NCBI RefSeq assembly: GCF_006345805.1
Contig: NC_043000.1
Coordinates: forward strand, 63,178,001-63,242,000
DNA from: Octopus sinensis
Lineage: Eukaryota
Length of the DNA stretch: 64,000 nt
Direction: 5' to 3'
Shown: piece after piece, positions 27,511 through 40,994 of the stretch
How the letters are laid out: the number at the start of each line of letters is the position of its first letter
Position numbering within the stretch: position 1 is the stretch's first letter
Notes under the pieces: model-generated
Database searches by the model: none
Told to the model about the DNA's origin: nothing
What the model saw: only the letters and a program-made list of their open reading frames with translations
Program-made: the position numbers and the translations under genes

Positions 27511-28182
27511 ATATATACATACGTATATATCCTGAGAGAGAAGAGACGCTAAAACTAATATAGAAGGCTTTAATATAGCAGATATTGAAAACATTGATTT
27601 AATAGCAACAAAAATGCTAAGTAAAATAGAAGTTATGAGCTTATAGTAAGCTCAATCATTTCCACAGTTAAACTAGCACATTATAATCAGATAAAGATGT
27701 TGATTTTGCAATTCAAATAAACATGTAGATAGGATTATATAGAGCTGAAATGTAAGTAAAATACTTGAAGCATACAGTCATAATAAATTTCAGTTTTATT
27801 TTGAATAAAAAGTCACCTCATTTATTTCATTTCTTTTCCTTTTCTTTATATGTCTGGTTTTAATCTTTAGGTTAATTGTTTTTCTTTCAAAAATCAATTT
27901 CTTTAACTGAATTTTTTCTATTTCCTTATTTATACAGTGTTATACTATTTGGTTTGCTTCTTGTGAAATAGCTAAAGTGGTTTATAAATTGTTATTCTCT
28001 ATCATATAGTCAAATTGTCTGGAAGTTTGCTTCCCACCACAACATATTGAGTTTAATCTTACAATATGGTATCTTGGGCAAGTGTCTTTTACCACAGCTT
28101 CAGTTCAACCCAAATCTTGTGAAGGAAACTGTGTTGAAGCCTGATTTTGATTGAAGATTATGTTAAGGGTACACATGGGTGC

Positions 28183-28507
28183 ATGAAGGCATGTGGCTTA
28201 GTGCTAGAGTATTTGGCTCACAATCATAAGGTTGTGAGTTCAATTCTCAGCGACGCGTTGTGTTCTTGAGCAAGACACTTTATTTCACATTGCTCCAGTC
28301 CACTCAGCTGGCAAAAATGAATAGTACCTGTATTTCGAAGGGCCAGCCTTATCACACTCTGTGCCATGCTGAATCTCCCTGACAACTATGTTAAGAGTAT
28401 ATATGTCTGTGGAGTGCACAGCTACATGCATGTTAATTTCATGAGCAGCCTATTCCATTGATTGGATCAACTGGAAACTTCATCATAATCAAGTGAGTGC
28501 CAGTTTA
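28183..28507 (+). mobile_element. SINE family B, alternative 3' end (that 3' part also occurs at ~12170-12356)
   Basis: ggcatgtggcttagtg...gagttcaattc B-box-like motif, then the core. Confidence 0.85.
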
Positions 28508-28700
28508 TACATGGGTGTATGGAATACTCAACTATTCAAATGATGATTTAATAAGTAGGTAGATCAGTAGACTGAACCACTATACATTCATTGTTGAAAC
28601 TGATACAGATCCATATTCTTTTTAAAAAAAACATTAATGTTTCAAACATTGAAACTTAACTTCCATTTCCCTCCCTGTTACATTTTACAATTCCTATACA

Positions 28701-28848
28701 TCAAACATGAGCAACTTATTTCATAAAGCAGGCCTCATGAGACATAGTTTATCATCAGGCAGACCACACTACTAAAAAAATTGAAGGCAATTTTACATTA
28801 GGAATACCATTTAGAAAGTTCCATGAGCCACAGTTTGCCCATGACTGC
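28701..28848. mobile_element. Degenerate hAT-like MITE; a related sequence starts near 59719
   Basis: Ends caaacatgagcaac and rc cagtcatgggcaaa. Shares gcaggcc(t/a)catgagacat...atcatcagg with 59745-59790. Confidence 0.4.
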
Positions 28849-30914
28849 TGTAGACTTTCAGGAATGATTACTTAAATCTCACTAAGCTGGGAGGACCTGA
28901 AAAAGTCATCAATATTTCCCCTCCTCTCCTAACTTCAGAATTTATTTTTTTACACATTTAATTAGAGAACTTTTATCTACAAAATGTTATCTCTTAATAT
29001 AAAATATATCCATGCATAAATAATAAAATTAATGATTTTCTTTGAAGTAATATAATGCCAAAACTGCAACATTCACATTTATAAATATGATGGATAATGC
29101 CTAAATGTTTTGAAAGCATTACTGTTAAGTTTAAATTTATTTCTAATTCTTATGAAATATAAAATCGTTATTAAAAATAATGAAAAAAAAAAATGGGTGG
29201 AGGAATGGCTGAGCAGTAATAAGTTTGCTTCCTAAACACAGTTTTGGATTCAGTTCCATTGTGTCACCTTGGGAAAGTATTTTCTTCTATATCCCTAGGC
29301 CAACCAAAGCTTTGTGAGTGGATTTAGTAGAAAGAAATTGAAAGAAGCTCTGTGTGTGTGTGAGAGAGAGTGAGTGCATGCCCCCCCACAATTGACTGTC
29401 TCCTTGCCTTGACATCACACAAAAGTTGTGAACGTCATGATCATGCAGGTAATGTCCTTCGTTTTTCAGTCTTCCATGAAAACATATCTAGTCATGGTGA
29501 AATATTACCTAACTAGGAAATAAGTGAAGGTTGGTGACAGAAAGAGTGTTCAACCAAAGAGAATCCACCATAACAAATTCCATGCAATGCATGCAAGCAT
29601 GGAAATGTGAATGTTACAACAACGATGACTTAAACTTGGTATTTATTGATATGTATTTATATATTGCCACAAATTATAAGAGTGCTGTATAAACACACAC
29701 ACAGTAAATAGTTGTTGGAAGTATGGATGGATTTCTATAATATAACTGACTCAATTGTAAAAGAATATTTTTTAAAATTTAAACAGAAATTTATTTCAGT
29801 GTTATATCATACAAACAAGCTCATTCTTTCCTGAGTTAAAAATTCTCCATTCATATCTTTAGCATGTTCTGTTTTCTGATTTATATCTATAGTATGTTCT
29901 AGACAGAACATTCAGTGGCCTGGATAAAGTTAATGTAATATTTTGTCACATACTGTGAAAAAAATAATACTTATTACAAAAAGAGGTAGCAGTGTCATAT
30001 GCAACATAAGTACAACAGACATCTACTACTTTTACATATGAAATAAGTAAAAATCTAGAACTTCAATCACAACAGGTACACAAATTATAATAGATATGAT
30101 TTCTCAGACCAATATTTTGTATGATATTCTTTCAGAACCTGAAGTGAAAAATTTATACAAGTAAAATCTAAATAGCAAAACAGTAATTTTATTTAAAGCA
30201 AAAATCTATTAAAATGTAATTCCAATTTAATCAATATTGTACTTGAATGTAAGAGCAAAGAAAGCCGTTTCAAGTTTGTGGGAAGGCTTAATTCATTCAG
30301 CATATTTATCAACATTTGATGTTAAGCCAATAAGATCTGATTTTATATTAACAGCAATAGCAATGATAATTAGTCTCTCCCAAAGATTAAATTTATCAAA
30401 CATTTTGATCTAAAATTCATTCCTGTATATGAGTGAACAAAATTACAAAATCACAAACAGAAATCAATGATGTAAAACATAGTTTTACGTCAACATAAAG
30501 TTGCTAATATGTAACCATAGTAAAGGCTTTTTAAAATAATATACATATTCATTGATAAATACGAACATAGTTAAATGAACAAATGACAGGCTCCCTGAAA
30601 ATTTAATGTCAGTTTCAAAGGCAAAATGATTTATGACAGACAAATTTAAAGCTTGAAAGCAGCTAAGCTAATTATTTAATCACAAAAACAGAAAGGCAAA
30701 GAAAATTGCTGAGAGAAAAATAAGTTGTTTTAAAATGTCCTTCACTATGAGAGACAGATATAGTAAATCTTCATCATTAGTGCTAATACAATAATTGTTA
30801 TACTTATTGATTAATGAAACATAGCAATGAATTCAAAAGAAATGATGAACAAGCATATCAAGGAAAAGAAAGAATCACAATAGATAATCATCATCATAAC
30901 ATATTATATGTGTA

Positions 30915-30960
<46 letters not shown>

Positions 30961-33069
30961 TGAATAAGAAACTTCTCTAATTCCAAATGTATTTCTGAGA
31001 AGAAATAAAGCAAAAGAAATAAATACCTTTTCACTAAATAAGTTTTCTCTTTCAAAGAGAGATTAGTTTCCCTTAAATATGGACATTAGACAGCTAAAAA
31101 TAAATAACTGCTAAAAAATCTGAGACCAGAAAGGCATAGAGTGTTTTCATTATGGAAATGTATAGAGAACAACTGTCAAATATATAATGAACATGAATAA
31201 AACTGATTACAAGAAAGGGAAACCATATGTGTTATATACTGTCAAATGTCAGTAAGTTTTACTAATGCTCAGCAGTCAAGGTATTTGATAGAAGCCAATA
31301 AAGGGAGTCTCTATGTCACAAGGGCTACAACAAAATAGTAAGCAAATTTTTCTCAAGCTATATCTGTTTGAAATGAATGAAGAACGCCTTTAAAATGGAC
31401 TTCAAGATAAACTTTGCCCATCCCAAAGAACAGGGTAATCATGGTTGGAATACCTTTGATTGCAGGTTTGCTCAACCAGTATTGCTCTAGGACTAAACAA
31501 CAAGAGATTTTATATATAATTAGAAACTCAGAAATTCTTTAGAAATAGGAATTTCATCGCAGTAAAAGAACTTTTCTACAGAAGTTTTACAATCCATGAA
31601 GTTATATTATGTGGTTTATAATGCCACTAAGATAGCCCTGGCCACAGTTGCTTCACCTGCTAGAATTAGTAGCAGAATTTCTTTAGTATTAGACCTGCAT
31701 GTTATATATAAATGGGGCAAGTTGGGCTCATACTAATTCTGATCCTATCTTAAATGCTTCTTTCTTCTTCTATCACCTTTGTTGTGTCCAATTCTCTAGG
31801 TCTTTGCACTAACCATTATGCTAAGTCCTTCCTTCCTTCCTTGAACATTGACCTTCTGGAGTTCTCTCCAGGTTTATATGTTTACCACACTTGTTGACCA
31901 ACAGGTTCAAGATGAACATTATAACACCAATCTCACCAATTTAGGAGAACTTCCAGAAGCTCTGGGCACTGCCTTTTCCTTGAGACCCAGCATTTAAAAT
32001 AAAAAAAAAAAAAAAAACAACAGTACATGTATCCCACACATGCACATACATAAGCCATTGACACAGAAGCATCAATGTGATTGCTCAACTTGCTAGAAAC
32101 AGAAGGCAAATCTTCTTCAAATCACATCATACTATCTCCAAAAAGGACACAATTAGACATCATGGTCAAATATAGCATGGTCATAGCTTGAATGTTTTTA
32201 ATCATAGGTCTTTTCAGTCAAGGTTGACCTGTTAAACACAAACAGCAACACACAGATGTGTGCATGCACGCGCACACACACACACACACACAACACACAC
32301 ACACAACAGTCAGCATAAACAAACAAAATATATCTTTGTTTTAAACAGACAAAAAAAAATTAAGGTTTAACAAGCTTTTTTTGTATTGAAATAAGCATCA
32401 TCAAAGTTCTTTGGACAAACACAATAATTATCGATGCACATTGCAAAAAACAGAATAGCCAATAGTAACAACAACAATAAATGCAATCTAATGAAAGCAT
32501 TTATACAATTCCTCCAATGGCTAGAAATAGCAGCCAAATATCTCACAAACTACACTCCACTATTTTAAATAAAGAAAGCACATCAAATAATGTAGCCCTT
32601 TCTCCCCTCTCGCTCTTTCCCTCTCTCTCTCTCTCTCTCTTTGGTTTCATGTGCCATGGTTACAAGCATCAGCAATCATGATTCTCCATGCCAAAGAGTG
32701 AAAATTTATGAATTCTCTTGAGAAAGCTACAGCAGTGATTTCCTTGTGCCTTCTGCTGGTTTATTAACAATATATTCAACTAGTCTCTTTCTACCCTGAG
32801 CTTATCCTTGAAGCACAGCATCTATTTAACCCTAGGCAGGAGAATGGTTCATGTGACATCTGGCCATGTTCGCACACCATTGAGCCTGTGTGATACATGA
32901 CTTAAGGCCAGCTCTGGATTTAAGTCCTGCATAAACAAGACAGGATGGTTGGTTATTTAAGGAAAGCCTGTGATCACAGCTCTGCTTGATTAGAGTCAAC
33001 CTAGGGAAAAACAGCAAAAACAATGACAAATTATAGATGTAACCTTTCTTTAAAAGTTAAAATAACTTT

Positions 33070-33440
33070 GTTGTTAAGAAACTTGCTTTGCAATCACATG
33101 GGTTTTGGTTCAGTCCCACAACACAGCACTTTGGGCAAATGTCTTCTACAATAGATGCAGGCCATCCAATACCTTGTTGAGTGAATTTAATAGATGGAGA
33201 CTGTGTGGAAGCCCATTGTGTCTGTCTGTCTGTCCATCTGTCCCCACCACCAGCACCTGACAACTGGTATTGGTTTGTTTACATCCCCTGTAACTTAGTG
33301 ATTTGGCAAAGAGAACAACAGAACAAGTGCCAGACTTAAAAAGTAAGTAACTGAGGCTGATTTATTTGATTAAAATGCTTCAAGGCAGTGACCCAGCATG
33401 GCTGCAGTCTAATGAGTGAAACAAATAAAAGATAAAACAA
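33070..33440 (+). mobile_element. SINE family A
   Basis: gttaagaaacttgct...ttgggcaaatgtcttctac...ccagcatggctgcagtc. Confidence 0.85.
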
Positions 33441-33657
33441 ATCTTACAACAGCAGAATTATCAACCTTACATTGCAATGAGGAACATTAAATGTTTATTT
33501 CAAAACAATCATTAGAATAGCCTTTCTGCAATTAGTGTGTGTATGTGGTTAAACAAAAAGGAAAATGTGCAATATCAGTACTTTCAGGTAGATACTATGA
33601 TGATAATACTAACTTTAAAGAAAGCACATTGAGAAAACTGCAGTGATGGTAGAAATA

Positions 33658-33701
<44 letters not shown>

Positions 33702-33904
33702 ATATATGCATACACACTAGAATACTTTCAGATATGATAAACACAATTCTATCAGACAAATTGGAAGCAAAATTGTGAAGCCTGATCTAACTATGTATCT
33801 TGACTAGAGATACTAGTAGAAGGAAACTACTACAACTAATTATTACTATTTTCATTATAATCATTTCTATTCTAGTTATTGATTTTATTTTCCTAATTAT
33901 TATT

Positions 33905-33912
33905 CTAATCAA

Positions 33913-33946
<34 letters not shown>

Positions 33947-34269
33947 AATAGTATTCAAACAATTACTGTTAAAAAATTTAAAAATACAAAAATTAAAAAT
34001 AAAGATGCAAGAAATCCTTATTGGGATTATTATTATTATCATTATTATTATTATTATCATTATTATCATCATTATCATTATTATTATTATCATTATTATC
34101 ATTATCATCATTATTATTATTATTATCATTATTATCATTATTATCATCATTATCATTATTATCATTATTATTATTATCATTATTATCATTATCATCATCA
34201 TTATTATCATTATCATCATCATTATTATTATTATCATTATTATTATTATCATTATTATCATTATCATCA

Positions 34270-34303
<34 letters not shown>

Positions 34304-34309
34304 CATCAT
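33905..34309. repeat. Compound (ATT)/(ATC) trinucleotide microsatellite, main block 34027-34309
   Basis: Direct observation; explains the poly-I/L/Y/H ORFs. Confidence 0.97.
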
Positions 34310-34954
34310 CGAAGTACAATATCAATAAAAATTTGAAAAAATTCATTGATCTATGAAAATAGAAAATTACATGAAATTATGCAATATCTATTGTTTAGAA
34401 AGTAGTGATGTGCGTAAATTTGCATTGCATAACACAAAGGCCTGCTAAGATCATCAGGCATTATGTCAAAGAGAGGGAGGGACCGAGAGAAAGAGATAAG
34501 GAGAGAGAGAGAGAACTGTGTGCATAATGAATATTGAAACCACTACAGGAAGTATAATATGGAATCTGTCTAGAAATATAGAATAAGCAAATGAATAGAA
34601 TATATTACTGGCCTGAGGGAGAAAAAGTGCCATATTCCTGGACAGCTACATAACAGAAACATTTCACATTAATATATTTTGTTTTTCTACCAGTCAGATA
34701 TGGGGACAATGAATGGTAAATTATTTTAGAATTAAGTCATGGTGAAAGTAATTTGAGGATACAACAATATGTATGCTTGTTATTAGTGTGTATGAAAAAA
34801 TAATAAAACACTGAAATGATAAAAAATACAGGAGCTGCAAGTCATCTAGTTTGTCTGACAGCTACTTCTTCACAGTTTCATCTGAAACATAGTAACAGTG
34901 TACTTTCAATTCAAAAGCAAACTATCTTTAAAATCTTAAGGACATAACATTTAA

Positions 34955-35375
34955 CCCTTTTGATACCAATCTGTCATGACTCTGTGATACAATCTTTCTG
35001 TTTTAACACTTTAGCGTATAAACCAGCGAGATCCAGCCAAATATTCTACCTGTTTCATGTGCACACCAGCCAGAACTCGCCTCTCACACCTACCTTACAA
35101 TGTCATTCTAAAAATATACCATTACACCATCAAAATCTCAAGGCCATGAGATAATGCATGGTTGATTCAAAACAATGTGAATAAATATTACATTTATTCT
35201 GAATGCTAAAGGGTTAAAGTGATCTAAAAGCCATCCATCAAAATATCATATTAATTTAAGTTCCCAATACCAGCTTAAGCTTACTAATGACAAAATTATT
35301 TTACTAGTTTTCATTATTTTCATAAGTAGCTGAAATAAGGTTGTTTATTTCAATAGGAATATGGTAACAAAAGGG
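34955..35375. mobile_element. piggyBac-like MITE, same family as 59073 (outer element)
   Basis: TTAA|cccttttgatacc ... ggtaacaaaaggg|TTAA; the 3' part is homologous to the 59073 element. Confidence 0.75.
35007..35213. mobile_element. Second piggyBac-like MITE nested inside the outer element
   Basis: TTAA|cactttagcgt ... atgctaaaggg|TTAA. Confidence 0.75.
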
Positions 35376-35560
35376 TTAAAAAGTGTATTCATTTTATCAA
35401 ATAGAAATATATATATATGTATAGTAACAAAGATTTTTTTAATGTTCCATTCTGCCCAATGTTTAAATTATAAATATGTAGATAATAATCATCAGACTAT
35501 TTAAGGAGTGTATTTGATGTCAAAACAAGAATTTAAAAGAATATGAAGTAGTTCGTTTTA

Positions 35561-35751
35561 GGAATAGTGGATCTTGAAGTACATAAAGCTATAAATAACA
35601 ACATATAAATATTGGGATCAAAAAGCTCTTTTGGATAGAAAAGGTCCACTGACAGGGACAGCCTTCAACTTTTTCTATCCAAAAGAGTTTTCCATCCCAA
35701 TATTCACATGCTATTATTTATGGATTTACATGCTTCAAAATCAACTATTCC
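35561..35751. repeat. ~190-bp foldback (MITE-like hairpin)
   Basis: ggaatag...aatattgggat...ctcttttggatagaaaa pairs with ttttctatccaaaagag...atcccaatatt...ctattcc; arms ~80 bp, short loop. Confidence 0.85.
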
Positions 35752-36728
35752 AAAACAAAGATACCTATATTTATATTGCTGTATCCTGAGAGGGGTATTC
35801 AGCCAAAATACATAATCAAAATATGTGTGTGTAGCTGAAATTTATAGAAAAACAAAAGATGAAGATAGGTGTATGAACAACAAGCAAGTGTATTAGTTTG
35901 ATGCTTGGGAAAATGAAAAGTCTTTTACATTTCGAGCCTATGCTCTTCAGCAGAAATGAATAAGAGAAACTAAACAGAGAGAATGAAAAAAATTTGCTTG
36001 AATACAAAATAGGTTTTCAAATTCAAAGATGTCTTAAACTGTGCTCAAGCCAGCATTATGTAATTTTCTTCCATAAAAGTATAGTATTTATAGCATCAAG
36101 GATTATCAAAAAAGGTGTAAGATTAAAAGATAAGTTTTTTACACAATATATTTGTGTGTGTGTGTGTGTGCAAGCATGTGCATGCATATATATAACCTGG
36201 AAGTGTACAAAGTATCACTGATTGAAATAACACATTTGTGTATAATCAGATGTCAAAAGACTTTTGCTGAGGAAATTGTCATGGGATTAAAAAAAAATTT
36301 CCTTATGGACAATATGTGTGAAAACACAATGAGGCTATAAATCACATTATTAGAACATAGGACAAGACATGTAGGTTGTGAACAATAGGGTCCATGAATG
36401 ATACAACATAAAGGTGCAGAATAAAAAATATTGAACTCCTTGCCTTCAGCAGCATTTTCAAGGACTAAGATGAAAAAATTCTTAAAATGTAAGGATGTAA
36501 ATATTCTATTTCATTTTATTTTATTTTATATCATATTATTTCACTCCATTTCATTTCTTTGAGAAAATTTGAAGAATTTCTGTACCTGGATATAAATATT
36601 CTTATAAATATACTACACAACATATTTCTTTATTTTTCTGATTAACCATATTATTACCAATATAACATATCTATTTATCAATCTAACTATCTCTATGTGT
36701 ATGTGTGTGTATATATATATATATACAT

Positions 36729-37072
36729 AGGCGCAGAAGTGGCTATGTGGTAAGTAGCTTGCTTACCAACCACATGGTTCCGGGTTTAGTCCCACTGCAT
36801 GGCACCTTGGGCAAGAGTCTTCTACTATAGCCTCGGGCCGACCAAAGCCTTGTGTGTGGATTTGGTAGACGGAAACTGAAAGAAGCCCGTCGTATATATG
36901 TATATGTCTGTGTGTCTGTGTTTGTCCCCCCAACATCGCTTGACAACCGATGCTGGTGTGTTTACGTCCCCGTAACTTAGTGGTTCGGCAAAAGAGACCG
37001 ATGGAATAAGTACTAGGCTTACTTAGAATAAGTCCTGGGGTCGCAGTCAAATGACTGAAACAAGTAAAAGAG
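36729..37072 (+). mobile_element. Young SINE family A with a short deletion near the 3' end
   Basis: ggcgcagaagtggctatgtggtaagtagc...; ggggtcg is joined directly to cagtcaaatg. Confidence 0.92.
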
Positions 37073-37249
37073 TATATATATATATATAAATAAAAGAGTT
37101 AAGGAACGGAGTAGATAAAATCCAGGCTACATATGTTTCATAGTGAGTGGAACCTCGGAAGTGGTAAGTATACAAGCAAGGTGTATACTGCAGGCTACTC
37201 CTCAGGACTATACCTCGATCCTTGGATCTTATAATTATCTATATATATC

Positions 37250-37572
37250 CGATCGTGGCCGTTGCCGGCGCCGCTCCGTCTGGCCTCCGTGCCGGTGGCA
37301 CGTAAAAGCACCATCCGTTCGTGTCCGCTGCCAGCCTTGCCTGGCCTCCGTGCCGGTGGCACGTAAAAGCACCATCCGTTCGTGTCCGTTGCCAGCTTCG
37401 CCTGGCCCCCATGCCGGTGGCACGTAAAAGCACCATCCGTTCGTGGCCGTTTGCCAGCTCCGTCTGGCACCTGTGCGGATGGCACGTAAAAAGCACCCAC
37501 TACACTCACGGAGTGGTTGGCGTTAGGAAGGGCATCCAGCCGTAGAAACACTGCCAGATCAGACTGGGCCTG
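37250..37572 (+). mobile_element. Young family D copy with four ~61-bp tandem units
   Basis: Repeated ggcacgtaaaagcaccatccgttcgtg with intact CpGs, then cacccactacactc...ggaagggcatccagc. Confidence 0.9.
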
Positions 37573-37884
37573 AAATTGTGTGCTGAAACTAAATCATTTG
37601 TATTGGGACACACATGGACAAAGAAACAGACAAAATGACAGATGGCCATATTAACCATTTATAAAATATACATGCTTTTATGTTCACTTCTGTTTTATTA
37701 TTATATTGTCACAGAACTATATATAACATTAAATACCAAAACCTCCAGTCATATGTCTATGATGAGGGTCACTGACATTATACTTCACTATACCTCAGAG
37801 ATATAGTGAAGTAGTACAGTGAATTTTCATTATAAATGAATAACTCCTACAACATGTATGGAATACGTTTATCTTTCCCTCTCT

Positions 37885-37891
37885 CATATAC

Positions 37892-37930
<39 letters not shown>

Positions 37931-38410
37931 TATACATACATACATTTATATATATATACATACACATACATATATATATATATACATACACACACATACA
38001 TATATATATATACATACACACACATACATACATATATATATACATACACACACATACATACATATATACATACACACACATACATATATATATATACATA
38101 CACACACATACATATATATATACATACACACACATACATATATATATACATACACACACATACATATATATATACATACACACACATACATATATATATA
38201 CATACACACACATACATATATATATATATACATACACACCATACATATATATATACATACACACACATACATACATATATATATATATACATACACACAC
38301 ATACATATATATATACATACACACATACATATATATATATATATTATATATATATATATATACATACACATATATTTATCTATGTATATATATAAATATA
38401 TATACATGGT
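37885..38410. repeat. (TA)n/(CA)n compound minisatellite, ~20-24 bp unit
   Basis: Repeated tatatatacatacacacacatacata. Confidence 0.97.
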
Positions 38411-38561
38411 TATATATAGTTATGTATAGTAGTATATTCAAAGAGAGAGAGAGAGTAATACACACATTCTTATGTGTTAATATGCATATGTATAAATGTA
38501 TCTATTTATTCATGAAATATTTATTTACGTATAGATTAGAGCAGACAGACAGGCATATATA

Positions 38562-40018
38562 CAGAGTGTCGCCAAAATGTATACACACTTCAAAACTGAT
38601 AGCTTAATTTTCACTTATTAGATTTAACCCATTACAAATAATGAAGGGTGCCAGCCCAAACTTTAAACGAAAGAAATTTGAAGTACTACTGGAAGTTCAA
38701 AAATGCAGCCACAGTGCAAAGCTGCAAAGACAGTTTAGAGGGGCAGTTCAAACAGATTCACCAATGCAATTTGCCATCACTCAGATTAGAGATGAGTTTC
38801 AAGCAGATGGAACAATCCCGAATGTCCGCAAGAAATGTTCCAAAAGACTGAGGTCATCAACATGACCTGCAAAGCAAGAAAGAACACTAGAAATGTATTT
38901 CCCAGAATTCAAGAAAATTTTTCAGCAATTGAGTTATGTGATAGGAATTTCAAAATCAAGAGTCCAAATGAATTTTGAAGCGCTGTCATTGGAAAAGTTA
39001 CATTCCAAAGATAGTCTACACTCTCAATGAAAATGATCCAGACCAAAGAGTGACATTTTGTGACTGGTGCTTGGCAACATGTGTAAAAGATAAAGATGCT
39101 CACTATCCAATTGTTTGGAATGATGAAAGTATAGGTGCAGGCATGACTGTGTGGTAAGAAGCTTGCTTCCCATTCACATGATTCCAGGTTCAGTCTCACT
39201 GCATGGTACCTTGGGCAACTGTCATCTACTATAGTTTCAGGCTAACCAAAGACTTGTGAGTGGATTTCATAGACAGAAACCAAAAGAAGTCTGTCATATA
39301 TATACAAATGTGTATACATCAATGTGTGTCTGTTCATCCCCCACCACCACTTGACAACCAGTGTTGGTGTGTTTACATCCCCATAAAGTAATGGTTCAGC
39401 AAAAGAGAGCAAAAGAATATGTACAAGGCTTAAGAAAATGAGTTCTGGGGCTGATTTGTTTAACTAAAACCCTTCAGGCAATGCCCCAGCATGGCAACAG
39501 TCAAATGACTGAAACAAGTAAAAGATAAAAGATACATTTAAATTACCTGGATCAACCAACCATCATAACTGAACCTAATGGGGATCTAAGAACTCTCATA
39601 TTATGGAGGAATGTCATGTTAATTTACCAGGAGTTACAGATGGGGAGTTTTATTTTCAGCAAGATGGGGCACACCCAGACTACCATAGTAATGTAAGGGA
39701 TTACCTTGATGAGAGTTAGCTTAACAAATGGGTTGCATGAAATGGTTCAGTAGAATACCGGGGATAATTAAAAGCAAAAGTTTATTATACAAAACCAGCA
39801 ACAGTTGATGAAATGAAGGCAGCCTTTAAATGAGAAATATTCCTTGATGTTTGTAATTCAATTACTTCTCATAATCATCAATATCTTGGCCAGAACAGGG
39901 GCTTTCACGAAAACTTAAATTCTGTCCATAGATTCTATCAAATTTTGAAAATGAAATATGTTGATGAAAATGATTTTATAGTCATTCAATGTGTGTATAC
40001 GTGTTTTGAGACACCTTG
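38562..40018 (+). mobile_element. Decayed Tc1/mariner-superfamily transposon, DUF4817/rosa(DD41D)-like, with a SINE insertion and an internal deletion
   Basis: TIRs cagagtgtcgccaaaatgtatacacac and rc caaggtgtctcaaaacacgtatacacac. Peptides: KYYWKFKNAATVQ, AITQIRDEFQADGT, WKSYIPKIVYTLNENDPDQRVTFCDW...IVWNDE, then after the SINE FKL..., FYFQQDGA...YHSNVRDYLDE, KAKVYYTKP. Subgroup assignment is inference. Confidence 0.88.
39134..39534 (+). mobile_element. SINE family A inserted into the DUF4817-type transposase
   Basis: Full head to tail; imperfect TSD gatgaaagtata / gataaaagata. Confidence 0.9.
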
Positions 40019-40106
40019 AATATATTTATATGGATATATTTTAAAACACAGTATGCTTACATATATATATATATATATGAAAACTTAAGGTGGTTAGATG
40101 CAATTC

Positions 40107-40611
40107 AAAACTAAAAAGGAAATAACTCACTGTCACTAAAAAGTGACAAAGGGTGCAAGGAGCACCAGCATTGCTAGAAATAAGAGTCAAAGACTCTTTA
40201 GTCACAAAAGCACTTTTTATTTACTGACAAGGGAGATAACCTCCCCACTGCAAGTGAGTACATAAGATTGGCATGCCAATTTTGCATGGAAATTAATGAT
40301 CATCAATAATACTTACTCCATTGCAGGTGGTGAAGCTGAAATTTACCTCTTCAAGAAATAGAACATGTGCTTTTGTGGCAAAAGAGTTTCTGACTCTTAT
40401 ATCTAGCAATGCTGGTGCTTCCTGCACCCTTCATCAAGTTTTAGTGACAGTGAAGTGTGTGTGCGTGTATTATTTTAAATATGATATGCATATATTTATA
40501 CATAAGCCCTAAATAAATATCATCCATCAAAAATACACCTTCAGACACAACAAAACTATTTCTGATCCAGCTTAGAACCAGTAAGCCAAGAAACAATTCA
40601 CAGCTTTGTTT
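40107..40611. repeat. Direct duplication copy B, containing an 86-bp inverted repeat (arms 40128-40213 and 40367-40452)
   Basis: 75 of 86 arm positions are Watson-Crick complementary; loop of 153 nt. Confidence 0.95.
40317..40335 (-). CDS. Candidate 19-nt SLC4 microexon, copy B (exon identical to copy A)
   Basis: Same exon and splice dinucleotides inside the duplicated 505-bp block. Two substitutions upstream of the acceptor (ttcttgaagag vs tttttgacgag). Confidence 0.35.
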
Positions 40612-40994
40612 CTCAGATTCAATCTCACTCATCTGTAACTATTTATCACATAAACAGCAGACATGAAATCCCTACACTCCCATTAGTCACAGAGTGCAAA
40701 TCAACTTACTTTCCTATATACCCCGTTCTACACACTAAGTATTAACATTATCCTGAAGGGTTTGAAGACTTTTATCTTATCTTTAACTTGTACATTTTCC
40801 AACACAAGGATAAAACCCATTCTTCTGGCCAATTCACCTCATATCACACTGCAACATCTTAAAAGAAAGAGAGGCAATTAGCTCTTTTTACTGAATATAT
40901 TGTTAAAACTAGCCTAATTTTAATTCCCTCATTTAATAATGAATGTTGGGTAATAACCAAAAGAATACAAATATGAATACAAGGGTCCCAAATG

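Noticed and set aside
37144-37163. Plus-strand 20-nt tag|...|gtaagt segment
   Set aside because: It begins with TGA in the frame of the nested ORF and has no other support.
37250-37500. Regularly spaced ~61-bp repeats that look superficially like a CRISPR array
   Set aside because: These are tandem units without unique spacers, inside a eukaryotic retroposon 3'UTR.
33800-38607. Long ORFs in the ORF track (poly-I/Y/H/T and YIYIHT repeats; also 17953-18189, 20148-20558, 24957-25342)
   Set aside because: They are translations of microsatellites.
40214-40340. U1 snRNA-like words in the hairpin loop (ttactgacaagggagataacc, atgatca, atacttac, tccattgca)
   Set aside because: They are not colinear with U1 and there is no Sm site or terminal stem. 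ATACTTAC is simply the reverse complement of a 5' splice site.
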